Source: Antedon mediterranea (Eukaryota; Animalia; Echinodermata). From it: a stretch of DNA of 64,000 bases. The notes below the pieces were generated by a model, which worked only from the letters and a program-made list of their open reading frames with translations, had not been told where the DNA came from and made no database searches. Of the stretch, positions 14,332 through 24,234 are shown piece after piece; position 1 is the stretch's first letter; each line of letters opens with the position of its first letter. The position numbers and the translations under genes were made by a program. The stretch lies in contig NC_092674.1 of assembly GCF_964355755.1 (NCBI RefSeq), positions 24,862,001 to 24,926,000 of the forward strand. The letters run 5' to 3'.

Positions 14332-15940
14332 TAGTTTTTATACTACTGTATAGATATTGGCTAATATTACTAATACATATAATATTACAGTTTACTATCT
14401 ATCCTATGGTACTGTGTTCTATTATACAAATACAGTACTAACTTTTGTATAATTATTATTTAACAAGTTTTAAATTAGATTAATATCTAACGAATTTTGC
14501 CCAACCTGATCAAAACGAAACAAGCACTATTCTAAACAAATAAAGCTGATTAATGGTAGTTATCTAATTGCACCAAGCGTTTTCATCTACTTGTATTGAG
14601 CGGATTACTTGATCTTAATGTCTCAACCGTTTTGGTAACATGTCCTAAAAAGTTATTATTTCTTAATGATAATACTTAATACATCCTAATTAAACAAAAT
14701 TAGTTATATAGCTATCTATACGATCTACATAGTTATTAATTAGTTTCGATGATATTTTTAAAACACAACGTAATTCAATATAACGAAACTGTAAATAAAA
14801 ATAGTATAGGCCTATTTCTAAAACAGAAAGCTACACGTAATTTAGCAACAATGAACAACTAAGCAATTCAAGATAGCAACAAAAAGACTAATAACGAATG
14901 TTTTTTTAGTTTTTTAAAACAAAATAATATATATCGTACTGTTATTACCAAAAACTTTTTTCAGTGTCTGTACATTGTATATAGTCATTAGACCTACTAA
15001 AAACATGTTTAAAAACTCCAATTGAATAACATTGTTTCGATAAGTAATTCGTTAGATAATTAGAAGAGATAAGATCAAACAGTCAATGCTGAAATGTCGT
15101 TCTAAAATTTTAAATTAAAAAAAATGTATAATATTTACATATCAGTTAATACCGTTTGCAGTTTATGTCCAAAATAACTATATACAATTAGTTAAATTGA
15201 ATTATTTTATTTATTCCTTCTCTATACTGAGTAGGAAAAGATGTTTCGAAAAGATAGCAAATCAAACCTATTCTCTGCTGAAAGGTCTTTCTCAAATTTG
15301 AAAAAATAATATATGTTCATGCTGTTGTTACTAACAATTCGTTTGCAGTGTCTGTGTTATAATAAATGGATAAATATAATCCAATAAATTATACGTTATT
15401 TATAAGAAGACCTAAGATAGATCTTTTTTTATTTAAAAGTATACAAAATATATGTTCATGCTTTGTTACTAATAAATATTGTTTGTCATGTCGGTTACAA
15501 ATAAATACATAGTATAAACAGGGAAGAGTGAAATAAATTTTACACTTCCCTGGTATCAATTTATTCAATGAAAATTACATAAGAAGAAGCGTTTAGATTC
15601 GATTTACTGGTGAAATTGCAACTAAAATATTATACGAAGTCATTAGAAAAAAAGTTTGTGGCCAAATTGTGACGCTGTAGGCCTACAAGACATATTCCGA
15701 GAAGTTATTAATCCAAAACATTAATGTAGATTTCATAATTTAGCTTTCAAGGAAAACCGTTCAAAAACAAATTTTGTTTGACAAAACTAATTTGCTATGT
15801 ATATAGGAAGAGACAGTATTTCTTTAAAGGTTCAGATTAATAAAAACCCCTCAATACTAATAGTAACTCTTTCTCCTTATAAAACTTATACGGTTTCCTA
15901 ACATCAAACTAATTATATATTATATTTCTTCTTTCCTCAG

Positions 15941-15970
15941 GTGACAATTCCCAAGAACCAACTGCAAAAA
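15941..15970 (+). CDS. Gene 1 exon 3 (30-nt micro-exon, GDNSQEPTAK)
   Basis: Strong polypyrimidine acceptor tttcttctttcctcag; donor gtatgc; phase 1-1. Confidence 0.65.
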
Positions 15971-17075
15971 GTATGCCCTTCTCTATATTCTTATTAGCTT
16001 AATTTAATCAATTTTATGTAATTGTGTACATGCAATTTCTTGTGATGACTGTTAAACGTTTGTTCTTTTCCAATCTAGAGCACAAAATATACAATAATAT
16101 TTACACTAATATGACACTACTATATCATAAAATTATATCTACTTACCTTAATAAAATGCTTATACTAACGTGTATATAGAATGGGTACTCGTCTTATCAT
16201 TCCTATCGAGATTAGTAAATATGAACGCTTGTAACCAGTCTTCTTTATGATAATCAAAGATGTACTTTCTATGAATTGTTTACCAGTTATTAAACAAGGG
16301 GATTCCCCATATAATTTTGGGTTCTACTAAGTGGTAAAATATCTTGTGTTTTATACATTATGCTTTACCCCTCCATTGTTAGTTAAATTTATATTACAAA
16401 TTCGGTCCCTCTTTGTTTACTCCGCCAATTGATTGTTGCACCTGTTTGGTATTACCAATTCGCAATATAATTCAAATAAAATATCTGAAGTTTACACAAA
16501 ATTATATATGACGCAGATTTTAAATGTAAAGGTGATTTACCTAAGCCAAAACTTGTCTATTGTTTTTGAAAGTGAGAAACGCTAGGCGTTTTATCCAGCC
16601 GCTCAGTGGTTTATCATAACGGAATTCTACTATGTCTTATTATGTAATTTTTTCTAAATGTCAGATGTCTGGGAATGAGCGAACATTATAAAATATTATC
16701 GAATAACATTTTGATCAATTCTGTAACATTTTCGAAATTCTAGAAATCTGTGGTTTAACGAAGTTTTTAAAATCGCTTCCATGCTTTAGAACATTTGGTC
16801 ATTACATTCATAACAAATGTTACATTCTTTCAATCATTGCAATTATTGATAACTCCATGATAATGATAAACAATTTTGGCAGTTTTACAATGTTTATTAT
16901 TTGCAGAAATTAGAATAAAATAAATTAAATCAAGGTAATAATGTCTACACTTTATTTGTGTGAAATATCGTTCATTTTGATAATTTGCCAAAATTACGAT
17001 GCATAATTTGTTTTCCAATATAATTGTATATTTTTGTAATGAATGAAAAATGTATAATATATTATTTCTTTACAG

Positions 17076-17105
17076 ATTGTAGAAGGGCTTGTAAAAATAA
17101 TAGAG
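17076..17105 (+). CDS. Gene 1 exon 4 (30-nt micro-exon, NCRRACKNNR)
   Basis: Acceptor tttctttacag; donor AG|gtaatt; phase 1-1. Confidence 0.65.
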
Positions 17106-17838
17106 GTAATTATGATTATAATTTTATCTATTTTTATCAGTTTCATCAAGCAACTTAAACTAATTACTTACTTACGTTATGAATTTTGTTTTGGACTCAT
17201 CTTCAAAATACATTTTTAAATAATATATATGTAGTTAATAATTCAGATAGAATCCGTCTTTAAAAATGCAATACTACTCAATGTAGGAAATCGTCTGTCC
17301 TAAACTCAATACATGTCTCGAACTCAACATTTTAAAGATAGTTAAATTTTTTTCTAATTTGAGTTTTAATAATTATATTGTATTTATTTTTATTACTATT
17401 AAGTGTTATATTTTTCTGTATTGTGTGTCTAATTTAAGCATCAAGGAAAACAAATTTCATGTTCGGCTTGTTGTGGTCATGACAATAAAGATTTATCTTA
17501 ACTTTTATAGCCTATAAATGATAAACAATGCATAGAACACTTTAGACAAAAAAACATTTTACCAATACTTTTAAGTAGTGTAAAGCTCACCGTGATTTAA
17601 AGCCATTGAATTGAAACAAAAGATAAGTTGATTTTTAAATATTGTAATAAAGAGGAGGAAAATGTTCAGAAAATGTAATACAACAAAGGCCTACATTGTT
17701 ATTATTATGTATTATTATACTTGATCCAATTCACAAACAAATGTTGGTAAAGCATAAATAAATAAACGACTGAAGTTAAAATTCTAATAAAAAAGTTTAA
17801 ACAATTGACTTAAACATTATTTGTGCTTTCTTTTATAG

Positions 17839-17882
17839 TACCTCCTGTCGGGTGTGGGCCATGCGCAACCAAACAAACCACG
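17839..17882 (+). CDS. Gene 1 exon 5 (VPPVGCGPCATKQTT)
   Basis: Acceptor ctttcttttatag; donor CG|gtaagt; converts phase 1 to phase 0 as the next exon requires. Confidence 0.75.
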
Positions 17883-18174
17883 GTAAGTTATCCATGATAT
17901 TATAATATTGTACATTTTGATCATATTTTGTTAGGCCTACTTTATCTGTAAACTCCTAATGTTGTACGAAGTCCAAGCGAACATATTCATTTAATGGAAA
18001 CGTTCTGCTGTAAGTAATACAGTACCATATTATAAAGTAAAAATACTTATTGGCTTATGTGAAATACTTAAATCACTTAAGTGTGAATGTTGAACACGGC
18101 CACATACTCCAGAAATACTAAGTATTTAAGGGAAATATCTCAATTTTAAGTGAGATTTCTCAGCCGATTCTCGG

Positions 18175-18360
18175 TACTGTATCTATTTCTGTATCATTAT
18201 CAATATTTGGTAATACAACATCACATTTGTTTCACATGCATCTAGCAGTAACCTAACCAATCTTACATGATACCGGTATCACATGTGATATAAATGAGAT
18301 GCTGTATTACCAAATATTCCTATGATACTTCGGAAATAGATAGTATGTGGAGATACAGCA
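18175..18360. repeat. Imperfect fold-back inverted repeat (probable MITE relic) in gene 1 intron 5
   Basis: aatatttggtaatacaacatcacattt pairs with aaatgagatgctgtattaccaaatatt; outer ctgtatct / agatacag. Confidence 0.65.
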
Positions 18361-18594
18361 CTGGTAATGGTGGATTTAGGTAGAATAAATATTGAATCCT
18401 GATTATTTTATTTTAATATACTCCTATTGTATTGTTAACTTCAGTTAAAAATAATATTACGAAGACATCATTGAGGATTATTCCTAAATTAGAATTCGTG
18501 TATATGAGAAGTATGTAAATGAGACGGGGTTTTTCAGAATCAAACGATATTTATTTTCGTTGATGTAATTATGTTAATTTATCTAACTCCGCAG

Positions 18595-18697
18595 AATAAT
18601 CATGAACACCATCACGAGCATGACCACGAGTCTCACCATGAGCATAAAGTTGGCAGCGTGCACTTTGTTGGTTACACCGAAAGCGTTGTGTCGGTTG
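18595..18697 (+). CDS. Gene 1 exon 6: His/Glu-rich linker plus strand A of the TNF homology domain (SVHFVG)
   Basis: Acceptor ccgcag; translates NNHEHHHEHDHESHHEHKVGSVHFVGYTESVVSV; VHFVG resembles EDA VVHLQG; phase-1 donor gtaagt at 18698. Confidence 0.85.
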
Positions 18698-19456
18698 GTA
18701 AGTCAACTTCTTTTGTTGACGCGTTTTTGTCATAACATATACGTTTGTACGTCATGACGCAATCGCTTTTGTGCTGTAAAGTTCAGTGTTTATATTGTAT
18801 TGTCATCTTTTTTATGGTGCTATATGTTTTGTTTAACAATTCTGTATTTTATTTGTTATATTTGTGCTTATTGTTCATCCTGTAATGCAATTTTCATCGC
18901 ACCGCATGTGTGGCTTCTTAATAATCATGCTACAATAGCATGTATTTAGTTACTCACTCACTTTACCCATTCAGCAATGCACAGATATTTTGTATATAAT
19001 ACAAGTAAAATAATACACACTCAAATGAATGAATTCAATATTTCGACAATAATTATAAAAAGTGGTAGACTGAAACACGTACAGTAAATATCTTAAATTA
19101 TGCAGTGTTTGTTAAAACAATTTTGTGCGACGCGAGGTTGGTGAAGTGTGTAAATTGTAATGTGTGACATAGCTTTTCTAACACTTGGCAAAAATAAAGA
19201 GTTTCTTTTCTGAATGGCCTAAAATACATTAAAGATGGAAGCAGCGAAAAGTTTACTTTAGAACATACTGTGGGTGTGTAATGAATGTTTTGTATTTGCG
19301 TATATGGAATGCATTCGGAAAGCCTGGTTGTTCTATTAATATGACACTATCAGGCTTTCAATGAATTGAACGAAATTATATTCATATCTCAATTTTTTTG
19401 TATAAGTATTCGGGATCACGCACATTGTTTGATTATTGTTTTCTTTTGTACATTAG

Positions 19457-19489
19457 ATGATGAGAAAAATCCAGATATGGCTTCTGTTG
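19457..19489 (+). CDS. Gene 1 cassette micro-exon a (DDEKNPDMASV)
   Basis: Acceptor ttcttttgtacattag; 33 nt; phase 1-1; donor GTTG|gtgaga; paralogous to micro-exons b and c. Confidence 0.7.
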
Positions 19490-19631
19490 GTGAGATTATT
19501 TTTATTTATTTATTGTACTAATTATGCATTAGGCTTAAATCCAACGATACAGAAAATTCAAACATTAATTCAATCGTGTACGCATATTACCACATCTTCG
19601 GTTTCGAAAATTCATTTTGTTTATTTTAAAG

Positions 19632-19661
19632 ATCCCATGAATCCAAAAATGAGAATAGTTG
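19632..19661 (+). CDS. Gene 1 cassette micro-exon b (DPMNPKMRIV)
   Basis: Acceptor ttttgtttattttaaag; 30 nt; phase 1-1; donor GTTG|gtgaga. Confidence 0.65.
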
Positions 19662-19679
19662 GTGAGAATTTTTGTGTAA

Positions 19680-20140
19680 ACATTATATATTTCGGCTGCT
19701 AAAAAAGTGATGTAACTTTAATCGTACTTCCCAACATTCATTTTTAAAAGCATGGCACACTTTGCAAAGAATCTTCTCTACGCATGCGTAGTAAATATTA
19801 TTTCGGCTGCTAATAACTATAAAAACGAAAAAGTATTTAAAAAAAAAGTGACGTAACTTTATTCGTATTTCCCAACATTCATTTTGAAAAGCATGGCACA
19901 CTTTGCAAACAAACTCCTCTACGCATGAACATTATTTCGACTGCTAATAACTATAATAACGAACAATTATTTCAACAACAAAAAATGATGTAACTTTATT
20001 CGTATTTCCCAACATTCATTTGAAAAGCATGTCACACTTAGCTAACAAACTCCTCTACGCATGCGTAGTAAACATTATTTCGGCTGCTAATAACTATAAT
20101 ACGTAATCGTATTTCCCAACATGCATTTTTGAAAGCATGC
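19680..20140. repeat. About four tandem copies of an approximately 120-140-bp unit between micro-exons b and c
   Basis: tatttcggctgctaa...cgtatttcccaacattcatt...aaagcatggcacactt recurs. Confidence 0.85.
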
Positions 20141-20428
20141 ATATTTTTCTAAACAAACAAGACGGGAAATAAGTTTGGAGTACATTACAATTATACTTTT
20201 TCTGCTTTACTGCACTTATTTAAATATACATATTTTAAGCTACAGTGAACTTTGTTTGGAATGAAGAAAAAAATGCCTGCGCCGGAAACATTTTTTTATT
20301 TTTATACACGGCGTTTGGATACAATACAAAGGTTAAAATACTAAAAGTATTGCAGTCAGGTGCCTACCACGGTCTTCAATACCACCATATAGATCTTACT
20401 TGTTTTATTTGTTCTATATGTATAATAG

Positions 20429-20461
20429 ATCGGCCGATAAATGAAGATATGGTTGAAGTGG
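20429..20461 (+). CDS. Gene 1 cassette micro-exon c (DRPINEDMVEV)
   Basis: Acceptor ...tataatag after a T-rich tract; 33 nt; phase 1-1; donor GTGG|gtgaga. Confidence 0.65.
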
Positions 20462-21405
20462 GTGAGATGATATTTTATGATTTTTTTTTCACTCTGCAAC
20501 AAAGATTCGTCTGATGTATCATTCAGAATTCTAGCTGCGACTTTATCATTCCAAAAAGTGTCACTTTGTTTGCTTTTACCTAGCATTCTGTTCCAAACAT
20601 AACCAATACATATAGCCATGCTAACACACGTTCACCAGCCTGGACAATTAATACTAGTTTCATAATCCACATAATTCATAATAATAATAATAATTCATAA
20701 TTCACAACTATATTATAGTTGTCATAATTACCATTGCTCCAGAATTAGATCAAATATATTCATTCTCAATGCCACATTCTCGATTGATTGATTGATTGAA
20801 TGGTTGACAGACTTACTAACTATCTCTCGTTTTACGTTATCTTTTCTGCATGGAATTCTACAATTCTTATCATATCATATATTGTTTGTATGTAGATATG
20901 ACCAACGAATTGACTTATAGACGAGGTTATCGACTAACTGACTGTGACTAACTAATTGACTAACTAATAACTGAGTGTGAATGTGACTGATTTTGACTAA
21001 CTAACTGGCTTACTGTGACTGTGACTGACATGATTGTTTTTTCTTCGGGCCATTCGACCATTTATTCATTCCACTAAATCACAGTTCATTACATATAATT
21101 AAAAGAAATATGGGTTTTTTTTTCAAATTAGACTAGACTTTAAAATTGACCAACATCATATGTTGTATTTCCGTCAAATTGTGTCATTTTGTTCAAACAT
21201 ATTTCACGTTTATTTTTTGTTTATGTTTACTGAAAAGCATTTTGAATAAAGTGCTTAAAGACAGAGTAAACGTTAAAGATACATTGATGATGTAACCTCC
21301 CCCCCCCCCCACTCAAACACATCAAAAATCAAAAAGTATGAAATCAAACTTTGAAAACACTTTTAAAATAATCCAAATCAAATTATTGGCACTTATTTTT
21401 TTCAG

Positions 21406-21530
21406 ATGGTCTGATTCCGTACTGGGCATATGCAGACTGGGTGGACGACTCTCAGAAAAAGATGTTTCACCTCAGCGAATTTGGAAACGTAACGGTATCA
21501 AGGGCAGGCATCTACTTCATTTATTCACAG
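21406..21530 (+). CDS. Gene 1 TNF-domain exon (strands A' to C)
   Basis: Acceptor ttttttttcag; DGLIPYWAYADWVDDSQKKMFHLSEFGNVTVSRAGIYFIYSQ with the TNF signature GxYFIYSQ; phase-0 donor CAG|gtaatt, the same junction position as vertebrate EDA. Confidence 0.92.
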
Positions 21531-22975
21531 GTAATTTGACATGATTTACTTTCTTTCTAAAAAAAACTTATTACAAAAAGAAAACAAACAGAAAAAAAGG
21601 AAAAAAAAGAAAAAATTGGAAACAACAGTACAAAAGGCACACATCTATCTTTTATTATCATTTATTCACTGGTAATTTGAAATTATTTACTTTCTTTCTA
21701 AAACAATTTTTACAAAAAGAAAACTAAAAGAAAAAAAAGACAAATTTGGAAACAACGGTACAAAAGGCAGACATCTACTTCATTTATTCACCAGTAATTT
21801 GAAATGATTTACGTTCTTTCTACAAAAGAAATTATTACAAAAATACAACAAACAGCAATGAACACAAAAAAGCAGATATCTATGCTGCACGCGGATAAGC
21901 TGTAACAGGGTTCATTATCATTACAACACTAACAGATTATAAATAGCATGCTATCGACATATTAAAAACCAGGTTAAACAAAACAAAAACATTTGGAATG
22001 TTATGGTCTTTCTTGTGCGATAATAAATCAGAAACTACTGTAGTATCCTGTTTATCATATTAATGTACGATCTTGGGCTTCAACCTTAAATCAAAAGCTA
22101 ATTTGTTTCCTCTATTTATTTATTTCATAATTTCAAATTTTGACAACAGCGCTTTTACCCACTAAGTAAAATGAGTGGGTTCAATTGTAATGTTTAATAT
22201 CTTGGATCCTGTTTTGATGTAGTAGTCAATATTACAGTTCTGTTATTTTAACCTTTATCCGTGTAGAGTGTGGGGAATTTTTTTTTTAATTTTCGCAATT
22301 GTTTTTCTACTTATCTGTTGATGTAACTATTAAACTCTTCTTATTTGCCTTAAAACGTCAACATTCAAGATATTAAATATTAATTAATTGATACATTGAA
22401 ATCAAAATATATTGCAAAGAGTTTACAAACTCATACTGTATTCATCAATCGTCGCAAAAACGGTATTAATTATTATGATATAATTACTGAATTTTACAAC
22501 AACGAAAAATCTTTTCACTGGGTTAATTTTTACTTTTATCACATTTTTTAATAATCTAATAGTATAGATGAGTTAGTATTGATATTCCTGTTGAAGTGTC
22601 AACCAGCGACCGACCAATGGGGTTATTCAAATTGAAGTCGCATATTTCCACTTCTTTAACTTTAGTTCACACGATGTAACTTAAGTTCTATGCATTTCTA
22701 TCTTGCTATTGCGCATTGCTAAAGTTTGGTTTCCAAAGACATTTTGACCAATCACAACGAGATGGATCATCCGAACTTTTGTTTGTGATTGGTCAACTCA
22801 CTTTGGTTGTTCCTTGTCGATGCACTGGGTCCAAGTGGGGACTAATCTTAACTAATTTTGTATGTTCTATACGCTTGTAAAAACATACACTTGGGAGAAT
22901 CGAGTGTCATTATCAGAAGTATAATTCATAACCGGAAGTGCTTAAGTTACATTAACATTAATACTGTTTGCTTAG

Positions 22976-23218
22976 GTTATGTACTACGATGGCGACCATC
23001 CGTTTGTCGGCCACAGTATTTATATAAACGACGAGCCGTTCGTAACCTGCACCGAATGCGTTACAAACCCAAATCTGAAATACAACACATGTTACATTGG
23101 TGGAGTGACGCGAATTCCAGAAAACGCTACAGTTGGTATTCGCGTTGGATATAACCGACGCGTCATACATTTGAGTAGCGACACTACATATTTTGGGCTG
23201 GTTGGATTAGGGAAGTGA
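22976..23218 (+). CDS. Gene 1 alternative terminal exon A (C-terminal half of EDA-like TNF domain)
   Basis: Acceptor tgtttgcttag; VMYYDGDHPFVGHSIYINDEPFVTCTEC...KYNTCYIGGV...DTTYFGLVGLGK*; aligns by eye to EDA (VYY...DEKPFLQC...YNTCYTAGV...TTFFGAIRLG). Confidence 0.9.
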   Translation, partial: VMYYDGDHPFVGHSIYINDEPFVTCTECVTNPNLKYNTCYIGGVTRIPENATVGIRVGYNRRVIHLSSDTTYFGLVGLGK

Positions 23219-23491
23219 TGAACCTAAGTCTTGATAAGATGATTATGCGTGCGCATGGTCTATTTTTCTTAAGGGACAATGGTAACACTTTGCACAAGCA
23301 GTCATACATACACTATGTCTGCTGTCGCAAATTAGAACATAGTGTAAATATGTACGGGAAAATGAGTTATTTTGTACATTGTATTGTAAGTTTATGACGT
23401 AATTAAGTTCGTCATGGTAAGATTTTGTCATCACAAATTATCCTTAAAATTGATCCATGAACTGAAACTGTGGCGTCTGTTTTAACTACAG

Positions 23492-23725
23492 GTACAGTAT
23501 TACGATGAGAATGATTTTACCGGACACAGTATCATGGTTGACGGTGAACCATTTGTCTCCTGTACCGAATGTCCCGTCAACAATTACCGCAAGTATAGTA
23601 CCTGTTACGTCGGTGGGGTAATTCGACTAGAGAAAAATGCCCAGGTAGGCATCAACGCAAATTATCGCACTAACATCAGACTCGCCAGTGACACGTCTTA
23701 CTTTGGTTTTATCAAACTTGTTTAA
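23492..23725 (+). CDS. Gene 1 alternative terminal exon B (duplicated C-terminal half of TNF domain)
   Basis: Acceptor ttttaactacag, phase 0; VQYYDENDFTGHSIMVDGEPFVSCTEC...KYSTCYVGGV...DTSYFGFIKLV*; intact ORF, about 55% identical to exon A in a manual alignment. Confidence 0.88.
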   Translation, partial: VQYYDENDFTGHSIMVDGEPFVSCTECPVNNYRKYSTCYVGGVIRLEKNAQVGINANYRTNIRLASDTSYFGFIKLV

Positions 23726-23920
23726 CGCGTCGATGTGTGGCTTGTTTAACGTATCGATGTGTTACTTGCTCGCGTCGATGTGTTACTTGCTTAACGCGTC
23801 AACGTGTTACTTGCTTAACTCGTCAACGTGTTACTTGCTTAATGCGTCAACGTGTTACTTGCTTAACGCGTCAATGTGTTACCTGCTTAACGCGTCAACG
23901 TGTTACTTGATTAACGCGTA
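23716..23920. repeat. 24-bp minisatellite (GTGTTACTTGCTTAACGCGTCAAC), about 8 copies, starting at the stop codon of terminal exon B
   Basis: Directly visible. Confidence 0.92.
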
Positions 23921-24218
23921 TATTAGTTTAGTAAAATGGCCATCTTCTTTGGCACAGTTTCATGGATCAATTTCGGATATTTATGAGACAAATTCTATCA
24001 ACTAATTATTAGAAGTATTCAGGAAAAGTAGAACCAACATTTTAAGTATACAGCTTAGTTCTTACTTGGATGGGAAATTAGTTTGACCAATCTGTCACTT
24101 GTGATATTGATCAAATTGCATTTTCGAGTTGTACGGCATTGCGTTTACGTTCAAAACAGAGCGTTTACATCATTGCGTTTACGTCCAAGTGGAAACAGAG
24201 CTAGACAGTTTATTTATA

Positions 24219-24234
24219 AATAAAGTGTAATAAA
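24219..24234 (+). terminator. Candidate polyadenylation signals for gene 1
   Basis: Two AATAAA hexamers (24219, 24229) are the first seen downstream of both terminal exons; none seen between exon A and exon B. Confidence 0.45.

Noticed and set aside
20896-20925. Possible fourth 30-nt phase 1-1 micro-exon (DMTNELTYRR)
   Set aside because: The acceptor tgtag|AT and length fit, but the donor (gttatc) is weak and the M-x-x-V|gtgaga signature is missing. Worth checking in RNA-seq but not supported here.
23492-23725. Exon B as a separate TNF gene or a pseudogene
   Set aside because: There is no space or sequence for its own upstream exons, and it has an intact acceptor and ORF. An alternative last exon of gene 1 is the simpler reading.
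3858-23725. Assigning the symbol EDA to gene 1
   Set aside because: The TNF domain is clearly EDA-like, but there is no collagen domain. Orthology versus the wider EDA/BAFF/APRIL/Eiger group needs a phylogeny.
23688-24005. 105-aa ORF with repeated CYLLNAST
   Set aside because: A reading frame through the 24-bp minisatellite in the 3' UTR.
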